Positions 15,385-25,276 of a stretch of DNA of 28,975 nucleotides are shown here, piece after piece. A model generated the notes under the pieces. That model made no database searches. It worked only from the letters and a program-made list of their open reading frames with translations, and was not told the origin of the DNA. The DNA comes from a virus (Duplodnaviria > Heunggongvirae > Uroviricota > Caudoviricetes). The DNA is taken from IMG/VR virus record IMGVR_UViG_3300025073_000880; one strand, given 5' to 3'. Each line of letters opens with the position of its first letter. Positions within the stretch are counted from its first letter, which is position 1. A program made the position numbers and the translations under genes.

Positions 15385-17160
15385 TTAACCAAGACCGGGT
15401 TTATCACCCCAAAAGTCGCCAAAAACTTCTTTAAATATTTCAAGTTCCCTGTCCGTAGGATTAGGCCCAAGATAAATTTTTGACTCATCGTCCTCATAAA
15501 GATCATTCCAAACATCCTTAGCTGTTACCCCACGGCTTTTAGATTCAATCAATTCATCCCTGTAAAACTGGTCAGTAAGTGTTTTTCTGATTGTAACATC
15601 ATCCTCTGTTTCTGGTGACTCTTTAACTGTTATGTAATAAGGATTGTTTGGGTTTCTATATCCTGCAAAAGTTGTATCAAAATCATTAGGTGATTCATTA
15701 TACAATGTCACCCACTCACTCCTAAACTTAGCCCAGTCATCAGGGGATACAAATGTATCAACACCTCTAACGGCCGCAAGGCTTTTATTCATTTCAGCCT
15801 CTTTTTCGGCCCTTGTCATTTTCTTCTTGTCATCAGCGTTGATGATATCATCAATCTTTTTCTCAACATCAACAATCCTACCTATCCCAAGTAAAGCACT
15901 ATTTAATATATCAAGTTGATATTTTGTCTGGTCTTGTGATATCTTTGTCCTATTATCAACATTTTCATAAAGTTCTTCAAGCATATCAGAAACGTTCTGA
16001 TATGCCTCTTTTGTAATGGCAGTTTGACGTTTTATTGCACTTTCAGCAGCAGCTAAACTTGAATTATAAATATTAGTAGCTTGAGTCATCTTATTATTAA
16101 AGCTTTCAATACCAATATTCAAAAAATCAATGTAGCGATTGGTCTGTCTGCCACTTAGAATTGTTAAATAATTAAGATAATTTGACATACGTTTAGACAC
16201 ATTTGGGTCGGATGTGTCCATATATGCAATTTTAGACTTGCCCTCATCAAGCAATTTATCAATCTTCCCAAGGTACTCATCTTTCCCTTTAATATATGAA
16301 GTCAAATTTGTTTCGAGACCCAATCCTTGGTTTTGAAGATTGGTAAGATTTTCATATTGAGAATCAAGCTTAAATTCTTTACGTATAGCATCCTCCAATT
16401 CATTCAGTTGGTCAGAAAGTAATCCACTTTCAGGTAAGTTGCTGACGGCTTCTGGTGGTAAATTTAATAGTTTCGCTAGACTGTCACTATCAGATAAAAC
16501 TCCCATTTTAAATGTTTTAGGACCAACGCCTAATTTAACTGCATCATAGACATCTTTCATCCTAGTTTGTTTGTCAGTTTCCAAACCTTCATACCATGTG
16601 TCAAGACCGTTCTCTCCACTTGTAGCTAAAATGTCTTGCATTGTCTTTGATAAAGAATCAGCATCAACGCCATATGAAGCCAATAATTCATCCGCACTCT
16701 TAATAAATTTTGTGGTTGACGGCACATCTGACACAGTTGCCCCACCAAATGGTGTCATTCCACCAGTTAAAGTCTTTGCTACCTCTTTTTGTGGGTTTGT
16801 TATAGCACTTTTTTGGTCTGGACTCATCACGCTCATTGGCGTTTTTGGAGAATAGCTTGGAGGAGTGTAAGCATTTTCAAAATATTTCAATAATGGGTCA
16901 GAATACCCGCTAGATGTTGATGATCTTGGCTGAGTACTTGAAGTAAAATAATTGTCCAAAACACCACCCTGACCGTCTTGCCTGTTATAATTATTACTCG
17001 CTTTGGTTAACGAGCTCAAAATAGATTTAACCTGACTGTTCTTTGTACTCCCAACAGGAGATTTCCATGCCGAAAAAATTAACTTCGACAGTTTGGGATT
17101 CTTCATTACAGCCGATATAGCAGAGGCTTTAGCCCTAGTTAAATTATCGTTCATGGCCAT
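15385..17160 (-). CDS. Putative internal virion/ejection protein (helical, S/P/T-rich N-terminal linker)
   Basis: 591 aa, coiled-coil-like centre, located between the M23 gene and the giant protein; role inferred from synteny only. Confidence 0.5.
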   Translation of the reverse strand: MAMNDNLTRAKASAISAVMKNPKLSKLIFSAWKSPVGSTKNSQVKSILSSLTKASNNYNRQDGQGGVLDNYFTSSTQPRSSTSSGYSDPLLKYFENAYTPPSYSPKTPMSVMSPDQKSAITNPQKEVAKTLTGGMTPFGGATVSDVPSTTKFIKSADELLASYGVDADSLSKTMQDILATSGENGLDTWYEGLETDKQTRMKDVYDAVKLGVGPKTFKMGVLSDSDSLAKLLNLPPEAVSNLPESGLLSDQLNELEDAIRKEFKLDSQYENLTNLQNQGLGLETNLTSYIKGKDEYLGKIDKLLDEGKSKIAYMDTSDPNVSKRMSNYLNYLTILSGRQTNRYIDFLNIGIESFNNKMTQATNIYNSSLAAAESAIKRQTAITKEAYQNVSDMLEELYENVDNRTKISQDQTKYQLDILNSALLGIGRIVDVEKKIDDIINADDKKKMTRAEKEAEMNKSLAAVRGVDTFVSPDDWAKFRSEWVTLYNESPNDFDTTFAGYRNPNNPYYITVKESPETEDDVTIRKTLTDQFYRDELIESKSRGVTAKDVWNDLYEDDESKIYLGPNPTDRELEIFKEVFGDFWGDKPGLG

Positions 17161-17165
17161 ATGTT

Positions 17166-17762
17166 TTATTTTATAAACTGTAAAGGATTTATATATTTAT
17201 TGAACGCATTCATAACACGATAATCGAGATGTGAACCAGTCCCTCCGCTTAAAGAATATACACTCCCGCTTACCCCCATTCGCCCAATCTCAGACCCAGC
17301 GGTTACTGGTTCATTAATAGCCACAAAAACTTTATCCAAATGGCTATATCTATGCTTATTCCCTTGAGGGTCGGTTACTATAACATAATTACCGTAACTA
17401 GATTTGGCAGAATTACTACCCTGCCCAATACGCACATCCGTGACAACACCCTCGGTAAATGTTGGGATTGATGTCCCAATTTTATTTGCGATATCAACCC
17501 CTGGATGAAATTTTTCATATCTAGTGCTCCCACCATAAGGAGTTGTTACTGACCCGATGCTAGACAAACTTGTGGGGACACTTTGGCGAGGCATAGCACT
17601 CCCACTTTGCATTGGTTGTTGCTTGATAATATCAACAAGACCTGAAAATTTTTCAGTTGGTTTATTAACAGGTAAACTTTCACCAACATCTTTTGCTGTT
17701 TGGATAAATGGTTTTATTGCAGAGGCATACCCCCTATAAGTTGTATTTTCTTTAAGTGCCAT
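17166..17762 (-). CDS. M23/LytM-family peptidase, probably a virion-associated peptidoglycan hydrolase
   Basis: FHPGVDI (HxxxD), YGNYVIV, YSHL, GSHLDY (HxD variant of HxH), INP. Confidence 0.85.
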   Translation of the reverse strand: MALKENTTYRGYASAIKPFIQTAKDVGESLPVNKPTEKFSGLVDIIKQQPMQSGSAMPRQSVPTSLSSIGSVTTPYGGSTRYEKFHPGVDIANKIGTSIPTFTEGVVTDVRIGQGSNSAKSSYGNYVIVTDPQGNKHRYSHLDKVFVAINEPVTAGSEIGRMGVSGSVYSLSGGTGSHLDYRVMNAFNKYINPLQFIK

Positions 17763-17802
17763 AGTGAATTTTTATTTATGCAATTTCATTATATGTTTTA
17801 TT

Positions 17803-20800
17803 TTATTGCCATCTTTGATCAACACCAGGATTTAAGTATATATCAGTTCCAACCTTTTTTGTTTCTTCTGGCTTATACAATTTAAGTTCAGTAAGCCCTG
17901 GTATCCTTACTAATGGTTTGCCATACATCGTTGTCCCATCTGGGTTTGTCATATGGGCAGAATATCGTTCAATCTCTGATGGGTTTGGAATAGCTGAATA
18001 ACCTGATGGAGCAGACCACTGGTTAGAAATGTTTGAAGCAGCTTCGGAGGCACTCGCCAATGATGTCGGAGAAGAAGACGGTATTGCAGGCGTTAAGGAC
18101 CACCCAGAACCCAAAAGCTGAGATGCTTCACTGCTACCAACTTGGACACGTTTTGAAGACCCACTTGGGCCATAAAGTATCGCAAACTCGGTAGCCGCAG
18201 GTGTTAATGTCCAACCTTGAGATTGAAGCTGAGAAGCTCTACTCGTACCAATTTCAACAACCTCTCTTTGACCTCCTGGCCCATATAAGGTTGCCTTTCC
18301 CTCCATACCCTGTACATCTCTACTTTGAGGTGAAGATGTCCCCGATGGTACAGTCGTATCTGTCCCAGTTGTTGTTGTTTCTGGTTGTGTTATGTCATCA
18401 GGAAGGCTAGCATAATCAGGGTTATATGAAGAAAATGGATTGGCAGCAGCAGTATATGGAGCATAAGCTTTTTCCTCCTCTGTTAATTTTTGTGCCATTA
18501 GCTTTTCTTGCTGATACGTTTTCTTTGCTTCTCCAAGGTCATACTTATTGGCAAATAGGTTTTGGTATAATTGGCTTCTATAATTTCCATTTTCATCAAG
18601 CATTGTATCTCTCATGGCCTTAATCTGAGCATCGCTTAATGTTGGATAAAGCTTTTTGAGATTATCTATATTAAACCAGTTGGCAACATCATCACTTGGG
18701 ATTAAACCATAAGCCTTAGCCTTATCTGGATTTTGTGCCACAAACTGTTTTATTTCCTCTGAAGTGGCTGAATTAAGCAGATAATTTTTATAATTTGATT
18801 CTTCAGTTGTAAGCTTTTCATCTCGTAATAGCTGGTTGTTTCTCCTTACATCTGCCAAATACCTATCCATAGCTTCATTCATTAGACCACTATCACCAAG
18901 CCCAGCTTGACTATATCCTGAAAACATATCTTGCAACTGACCCCATGCCGTTCTAGCATTATCGCTTAAAGCTAAACCATATTTCTTTTCAAGAGACGTC
19001 TTAAACTCGTTCCAATTATTTTCAGCTAACGCCTTAGCTTGTTCAGTTTGGGCTTCAGCTTTTTGCATCATTAAATCATAATATGAAGCTTGAATCTTTT
19101 CGGCTTCAGCTTGAAACTCTGGAGATGTCCAGTCTATTGGTTCAATAAGAGTAGTAAAAGCTTGACCTGGTATTTGAAATATTGGGTTATCAAATAAACT
19201 TGAATCCATATTTAAAATATCAAGAGGAATTATCAATAACGTATCGTTTTTAGCTTTAATCCCATCAGACGTGCTATACCAAGAACTTGCCTTAACGTTT
19301 TCATCAAATGCCTTAAAATTATCATATTCAGAATTACCATTAGCTGAAAGTTGTTTTGCTTTAATTTCTTTATATATATCACCTAATGTATAACCACCAT
19401 AAAGTACGGCACTTGTATACTTTGCAAGCTCAGTTGCATTACCAACAGTTTTGTCAAATACATCTTGAGAAATATCATCTTTTAATTTCGCTGTAGTTAA
19501 AACCGTGCCAATTAAATTAGTGACCCATTGTTCATCTTCAGACGATAATTTTTCCGCCCCATAAATATTTTGTAATGCCTGCATTGTTTCAGGACTTGGT
19601 TGTTGTGGAGTTTGCTTAACTGTTTCATTAACAACCTTATCTTCTCCACCAGGGATTTCTCCATTATTTTGGACAGCTCTATCTCTAGTCAAAAAATCAC
19701 CTTGCCACGTAATGTTTGATAGTGCTGTCACAGGAACACTTTGAACTAATGGCATTATTTTATCTATTGTTGTCTCAAAAAAACTTTCCATTGCAGCAGT
19801 TGAGGCAAATGGTCGGTAAGTTTTATTTTGTTTATCATAAAACCAAATAGTGTTTTTATCATCAATGTTATCACTTGGCGTAGGGTCTTCTTGAAACTTT
19901 ACTAAAACATAATTACCATCAATGATATAATTGGCTGTTGGTGCTTGCTCAAAATCACGTTGTGACTTTTCGAGTATCTGTGTTCTTGTCTGCTCTAAGT
20001 TCTTTCTTAAAACCGTGTCATCAGCCTGACTCGAATATAATGCTTTTTCTTGCTCATTGGCAGGACGACCAAGGTAAAGCTGAAATAAACTATCGACTAC
20101 AGCATTGCCAATACCTTGTCCTGTATTATTTACCGTTTGCTGTGTTGTTCCCTGTGGTACGGTAGTCGAAGAAAGGTTTGATAAGGCGGTTTGGGTGTCA
20201 ATAACAGTTTTCCCACTAGCACCCAATATCCATCCTTGAGACTGCAACTTGCTGGCTTCAGATGACCCTACAGTTACAACCGTTTTAAATTTACCATCAG
20301 GTGAAGACAATGTTGCCTGACTTGTACTCTGTCCAGACGGGTCTTGTGTTGGTGTTTGCCGTGTTTGGCTAGAAGATGGTTCAGTTTGCCCACTTGGTGT
20401 TTGAACAGACGTTTGGAATGTGGTATCAGGTCTTTCAGGCTGAATAGGGGCTAAACGTTGATAAATTTCAGCAGGAGATAACCCTTGTGTCTGTAAAGCC
20501 TTAAACTGTTTTTCAAATTCAGCCATTGATTCTACATCTCCAAGATTAATCTTTGAACCAGAAATAGTCAGTGGAATGTTCGGTGTTGTTAAAATATTTT
20601 TCCATTTTGGGTCTAGTGATAGAGTCCCCCCAGGAACAAATGATCCCAAAGAAGACAATCCATTATCGCCGACTCTAAAAGCTTCGCCTGGACCAAATTG
20701 GATATTTTGACCTTTAAAAATATCAACCAACTGAGAAGAGTTTGTTAAAACACCTTGTGGGTTAACAACATCTTGATTAAATCTAGTCTCAACATCATTT

Positions 20801-20952
20801 CGAGAAAAACCTAACGCCTCCAAGGCTTCAAGGCTTGTAATTTCATACGTAACATTTCCTCTTGAATCCCCTGTTTGAACATCTATAAACACTTTGTTTT
20901 GGTCAACTTCGGGGTTCCTGCCTATTCTAAACAGGTTTATTTTTAAGCCCAT
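17803..20952 (-). CDS. Putative internal virion/ejection protein with several small repeated modules
   Basis: 1049 aa, Q/T/S/P-rich linkers, three GSSEAS.L.SQGW-type repeats, helical core; located just downstream of the tail genes. Confidence 0.55.
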   Translation of the reverse strand: MGLKINLFRIGRNPEVDQNKVFIDVQTGDSRGNVTYEITSLEALEALGFSRNDVETRFNQDVVNPQGVLTNSSQLVDIFKGQNIQFGPGEAFRVGDNGLSSLGSFVPGGTLSLDPKWKNILTTPNIPLTISGSKINLGDVESMAEFEKQFKALQTQGLSPAEIYQRLAPIQPERPDTTFQTSVQTPSGQTEPSSSQTRQTPTQDPSGQSTSQATLSSPDGKFKTVVTVGSSEASKLQSQGWILGASGKTVIDTQTALSNLSSTTVPQGTTQQTVNNTGQGIGNAVVDSLFQLYLGRPANEQEKALYSSQADDTVLRKNLEQTRTQILEKSQRDFEQAPTANYIIDGNYVLVKFQEDPTPSDNIDDKNTIWFYDKQNKTYRPFASTAAMESFFETTIDKIMPLVQSVPVTALSNITWQGDFLTRDRAVQNNGEIPGGEDKVVNETVKQTPQQPSPETMQALQNIYGAEKLSSEDEQWVTNLIGTVLTTAKLKDDISQDVFDKTVGNATELAKYTSAVLYGGYTLGDIYKEIKAKQLSANGNSEYDNFKAFDENVKASSWYSTSDGIKAKNDTLLIIPLDILNMDSSLFDNPIFQIPGQAFTTLIEPIDWTSPEFQAEAEKIQASYYDLMMQKAEAQTEQAKALAENNWNEFKTSLEKKYGLALSDNARTAWGQLQDMFSGYSQAGLGDSGLMNEAMDRYLADVRRNNQLLRDEKLTTEESNYKNYLLNSATSEEIKQFVAQNPDKAKAYGLIPSDDVANWFNIDNLKKLYPTLSDAQIKAMRDTMLDENGNYRSQLYQNLFANKYDLGEAKKTYQQEKLMAQKLTEEEKAYAPYTAAANPFSSYNPDYASLPDDITQPETTTTGTDTTVPSGTSSPQSRDVQGMEGKATLYGPGGQREVVEIGTSRASQLQSQGWTLTPAATEFAILYGPSGSSKRVQVGSSEASQLLGSGWSLTPAIPSSSPTSLASASEAASNISNQWSAPSGYSAIPNPSEIERYSAHMTNPDGTTMYGKPLVRIPGLTELKLYKPEETKKVGTDIYLNPGVDQRWQ

Positions 20953-20953
20953 A

Positions 20954-21124
20954 TTATTTTTGTGAAATTATATACTCAATTATTATTAGCTTCATCAGTT
21001 TAACCATGTCTGTATCATTGGCTGGTATTGAATTGATACTCTCAGGGTCTAATGTATAACCTTTATCTTGTAAATTTTTGATACAGGTTTTAATTACCGC
21101 CTTTTTTTTATCTGCAAATGTCAT
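20954..21124 (-). CDS. 56-aa hypothetical protein absent from the ORF track (MTFADKKKAVIKTCIKNLQDKGYTLDPESINSIPANDTDMVKLMKLIIIEYIISQK)
   Basis: Fills the intergenic gap exactly, with TGA-T-ATG at its start and TAA-T-ATG at its end. Confidence 0.8.
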   Translation of the reverse strand: MTFADKKKAVIKTCIKNLQDKGYTLDPESINSIPANDTDMVKLMKLIIIEYIISQK

Positions 21125-21125
21125 A

Positions 21126-23198
21126 TCAAGTTATTAAAGCTTTAGACACTTTTATCTTGGTTGAAATAGTATTGCTTGTCCCTCTGTCGGGTGTGTTCGA
21201 ATATCTAGCCATAGCGTAATCCGTTCCAATTCTTACTATCCCCATTGGATATTCAATCGTAGTAGTCCCTGCACAAAACCAATCATCAATGTTATCTACG
21301 TCTGCTCCTGTTGAATCTTCTTCATAAATAGTTCCAGTAGAGCCAACCGTGAAAAAGTTTGTTTCATTACAGAATAATCCATGACCACTGTTTCTTATCG
21401 TATTAGCTGAAACCGCTGAATATGTCGCAGTAGTCCCTGATATGGTGCAAGTATAAAGTTTAGAATCCCCTGCGGTAGCTGTATCACCATGTCTCATTAC
21501 TATATATAAGCTTGTACCATTTGTAGCTAGATACCCACATCTTTTAATCCCACCTGGAAAACTAGCTAAAGTCATTGCTGTCCCATTAGTTAAATCCAAA
21601 TCATACCTTGTTAACATAGCTGAAGCCGTAGTGCCGTCATACCAACTAACATAGACATAACTTCCAATCACCACTACCCCGCCATAAGTCGCTCCAGCAT
21701 CAACCAAAACTTGGTCGGACGCTCTAGGAATATAACTGCCAAAAGTATTCTTCCTAATTCTATATAAATATAAAGAAGAAGCCGCTGCAACTGAATACAC
21801 AAAATACCAATTATCGGGATGTGTTTTATATTCTGAGCACATCTGCATGGTATATGTAGCAATTTGGAAATCACTTATTTCAACAGGTGATTGAAGCTCA
21901 ATTGTGGCTGTTACATCACTTCTAATTTCCCCCGCTAAGCCAATAGCATTACGAATACCATTATAATTCTTAGCTAAGCCGTAAGCTTCAGCATCAGTTA
22001 ATTCTCCGCTGAAAATCTGTATAAATTCAATCGTTCCAGCAAAACTTACAGTGGTTAAGTTATAATGTTTGCCGATAGTCAAGTCACTAGTAGCGTTGGT
22101 AATATCTGTCGTTGTAGTATCAGAAACTTCAGTATTATCTTCCTGTCCGTCTATATATAACCGTATTTTATTATCAGTGGCATCACGAACAGCAATTACT
22201 GAGTGTCTATTGCCGTCAGCAATATTAGTAGTGCCAGTAATACTGATAACGGTTGATGAATCTTTAATTACAAAGTTAACCCGACCAGCCGATGAATCAC
22301 TCATCCTCAATAGCATAAATGTGTCTGTGACGTTTGTCGCACTTCTAGTATCAATGATAACGCCTTCTGTTAACATTGATGTTGAAATAACCATGTTGAT
22401 AAAGAATGAATCGCTAGTAGCAAATTGTAATTCTGTTGGTAAATTATCTAAAAATAAATACTCCGTATTAGCATCAAATAAAATTGCCGATCCCGTAATA
22501 CCAGTGGTATAACTTGCTCCATAAATCGTTAAATGATTTTCATATGATGTTGAATCATATGCAATTGTTCCCGTGTTTTCATCAAATGACAAGTGGGAAA
22601 TTAAACTAGCTTTTTTCGGTAAAGCCTGATTGATTTCAGGATTGACTGCTGTTATTATTCCGCTTGTTGCATCAAACTCAATATATTGGCTAGATAAATC
22701 ACCCATATATCCGCTTGCCCCCAACTTCCAAACACCCGTCTTCAAAATATAAGCCGTTGCATTATCATTATCAGCCACAAAATCAACAACATTAGCGCCA
22801 CTCCACATGTTCCCCGCAGAATCCACGTGCCAAGAATCGGAAGATAATTCATTCGGGATATCTAAACTCCCACCAACGATACCACCAGTACCTACAAATA
22901 ATTTAACGCATTCAATGTATCCCCCAGCCCCATTTATATAAAAGCCACGAGCTTTGGGCTGATAGTTCCTAGACTTTATCCATGTGTTAATCCAAACATC
23001 ACTAAAAGAATCGCCTTCAACGGCACCTGAACTCATTTGGCTTGGGCTATTAATAGAAACACCTGTATTTATATTCTGTGCCACTTGAGAATCCAAAGAA
23101 TCTAATGCTTGATAAGCATTTTGTTCTGTCAGAGTAGACGCTCCGCGCTCTAAATCTGAACTATATGGTCTGTCTATTTCAAGATATGTTCTTGCCAT
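21126..23198 (-). CDS. Tail/receptor-binding protein with LamG (concanavalin A-like) domain and beta-rich C-terminus
   Basis: LISHLSFDENTG...AILFD...IRLYIDGQ...LTIGK...FAGTIEFIQIFSGELT at about 21975-22604; the N-terminal SRNYQPKARGFYING segment resembles phage tail-tip linkers. Confidence 0.75.
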   Translation of the reverse strand: MARTYLEIDRPYSSDLERGASTLTEQNAYQALDSLDSQVAQNINTGVSINSPSQMSSGAVEGDSFSDVWINTWIKSRNYQPKARGFYINGAGGYIECVKLFVGTGGIVGGSLDIPNELSSDSWHVDSAGNMWSGANVVDFVADNDNATAYILKTGVWKLGASGYMGDLSSQYIEFDATSGIITAVNPEINQALPKKASLISHLSFDENTGTIAYDSTSYENHLTIYGASYTTGITGSAILFDANTEYLFLDNLPTELQFATSDSFFINMVISTSMLTEGVIIDTRSATNVTDTFMLLRMSDSSAGRVNFVIKDSSTVISITGTTNIADGNRHSVIAVRDATDNKIRLYIDGQEDNTEVSDTTTTDITNATSDLTIGKHYNLTTVSFAGTIEFIQIFSGELTDAEAYGLAKNYNGIRNAIGLAGEIRSDVTATIELQSPVEISDFQIATYTMQMCSEYKTHPDNWYFVYSVAAASSLYLYRIRKNTFGSYIPRASDQVLVDAGATYGGVVVIGSYVYVSWYDGTTASAMLTRYDLDLTNGTAMTLASFPGGIKRCGYLATNGTSLYIVMRHGDTATAGDSKLYTCTISGTTATYSAVSANTIRNSGHGLFCNETNFFTVGSTGTIYEEDSTGADVDNIDDWFCAGTTTIEYPMGIVRIGTDYAMARYSNTPDRGTSNTISTKIKVSKALIT

Positions 23199-23221
23199 AG
23201 TGAAAATACATGAATAATTTA

Positions 23222-25273
23222 CTAAATTGATCCTTGTTCTCTATTAGTTTCCTCTTCCATAGTTTCTATATATCTAATACGCACACTGGATATCTTACAC
23301 AGTTTTTTACTAAAATCTCTAATTGAAACCCTTAATGTTCTACACCTTACAGGGTTTGTAATATCATCATCTTTGGATGTTACTCTAAAAATATTTAACC
23401 CCTTTTTAGCCGTTCCTGATATTTCATAAAAAGGATTGCCATCCAATGAAATAAAGCATTTAATATCACTTCCACGTTCAGCCTCAAGTATAATCTCTTT
23501 AATTTGAGAAATTTGTTTAAATGTAATCCTGTTAGTGTCAGCTCTAAATAAAATTTCTTTATCTGAAGTGACTGCATCATCAAGCTCATTAGAAAAAAGC
23601 TGATAAACATGATAACCGCTTTCAGTGCTTGAAAACTGCAAACTATCAGCATCAGTGCTTCTTGGATATGTAGCAAACTCTGTAGCCTTAATGCCTGTGT
23701 GAACAAACCAATTCTCTTGTCTTAAATTACGCTCTAATACAATGTCACTAATAGTTTTAAATATTGAGCCGTCACTGTTGTAAAGAGTAACGTCACCAGG
23801 AATAGCACAAAAAATACTAAGTCCTCGTCTACCCATACAAGCGTTTTCAAGACCTGTTCTAGTTGCACCAGTAATGTATTTCTCTATCTTTGATGACACT
23901 AATCTTGGGAGTGAGTAGTCAGTCATTGAATATATGCCTGTATAATGCAGAAAAAATAATTGCCCAACGGCTTTAACAAAACCTCTATCAGATACACACC
24001 CAAGACCTAAATCATAATTCTTTAAATTAGAATCATTCCATGTGGCTAAACTATTATCTGTCCCAAAAACTTGAACATCTCCAATGTTCACCATCATCTT
24101 TATTCGTTCATTACCGCCACCAGTTATTTTAAATGTATCATACCTTTTAACATCAATGCCTATTTCTGAAGAGTTTTCTGTCCATCTAAACACCTTGTTC
24201 CCTGCATATGTATTAGCCACCCACAACTCGTCAGCACTTTTAATAGCGTTACTAGTTGCAGTAACAGTTAAAGAGTTTTCAGTTTTAGCTGTAATCGTTA
24301 TAGTTTCAATCTTAGTCCCACCACGATAAACGTCTAAAGAGTCGGAACTATAAATATATTTTGTATCAGTTACATTTAAAGTTGTAACGCCAGAAGCATG
24401 ATCGCCATCTACAAGTGAAACTATCCCAACGGGGATAGATGACCGCAAAATTGTATTTTTATATCTAACACTACCATATGTAAAATCGGATAAATACAAG
24501 CGGTCTTTATAATAGTTTATTTTTCTAGCCTTTGGTGATTTATAAAGACTGCTAGATGTTGACGCTGAGGAACTAACCGTTGTCCCATCGGCATTTATTT
24601 CTAAATTATCAGTATCGCCATTAACTAAAAAGGCAGTATTCTCAGCGATAACAGATGAAAAATTATTACCAGAAACAGTAATTGAACCTGTCCCAATGGT
24701 TTTGTTTGTTTCAGCCGTACCACTAGCATTTGTCACTTCAAAATAGTTAGCCGAAACACCCGTTACTGTAAATGTACCCTTATTCACACTATTAAAATTT
24801 TGAGCATTAATAACAACTGTTGACCCTACTCTCATGTGGTGGTCTATGTTTGGATCAGTGCCGTTAGTGTCCCATGTATATCTAAACGTGGTACCGCTAG
24901 GATTTGTAATATCAAATTGTGTAGTGCTACTACCAAGTTCATAAATACTTGTCCCGAGACTAGTCAAAGCAGTCCATGCTGGGGTGGAGTTTAAATAATA
25001 AATAGATGTTATACCACCAACAGTACTAACCCTATAAAAGTATGGGTTGGTACTATCTGTGAAATAAAATATTTTATAATTAGCTGTGGCTGTAATGCTA
25101 TTACCCAACCGCCTAGTCCCCTGTCTTTTTTCAATTATCCCAATTTCTCCAGACCTGACATTTTCAGCATGATACATTTCTTGTGGTTTTGCCAAATTAT
25201 AACCCACTGAGGAATTTATGCCTTCAAAATAACTTATTGATAATTCTTTTTCTACATTTCTTTGCCTAGCCAT
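23222..25273 (-). CDS. Tail nozzle/stabilisation protein (P22 gp10/T7 gp12-like beta-propeller) with inserted domains
   Basis: N-terminal FEGINS...AENV...IEKRQG; GCVSDRGF...FFLHYTGIY propeller blades; follows the adaptor gene. Confidence 0.65.
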   Translation of the reverse strand: MARQRNVEKELSISYFEGINSSVGYNLAKPQEMYHAENVRSGEIGIIEKRQGTRRLGNSITATANYKIFYFTDSTNPYFYRVSTVGGITSIYYLNSTPAWTALTSLGTSIYELGSSTTQFDITNPSGTTFRYTWDTNGTDPNIDHHMRVGSTVVINAQNFNSVNKGTFTVTGVSANYFEVTNASGTAETNKTIGTGSITVSGNNFSSVIAENTAFLVNGDTDNLEINADGTTVSSSASTSSSLYKSPKARKINYYKDRLYLSDFTYGSVRYKNTILRSSIPVGIVSLVDGDHASGVTTLNVTDTKYIYSSDSLDVYRGGTKIETITITAKTENSLTVTATSNAIKSADELWVANTYAGNKVFRWTENSSEIGIDVKRYDTFKITGGGNERIKMMVNIGDVQVFGTDNSLATWNDSNLKNYDLGLGCVSDRGFVKAVGQLFFLHYTGIYSMTDYSLPRLVSSKIEKYITGATRTGLENACMGRRGLSIFCAIPGDVTLYNSDGSIFKTISDIVLERNLRQENWFVHTGIKATEFATYPRSTDADSLQFSSTESGYHVYQLFSNELDDAVTSDKEILFRADTNRITFKQISQIKEIILEAERGSDIKCFISLDGNPFYEISGTAKKGLNIFRVTSKDDDITNPVRCRTLRVSIRDFSKKLCKISSVRIRYIETMEEETNREQGSI

Positions 25274-25276
25274 AAA

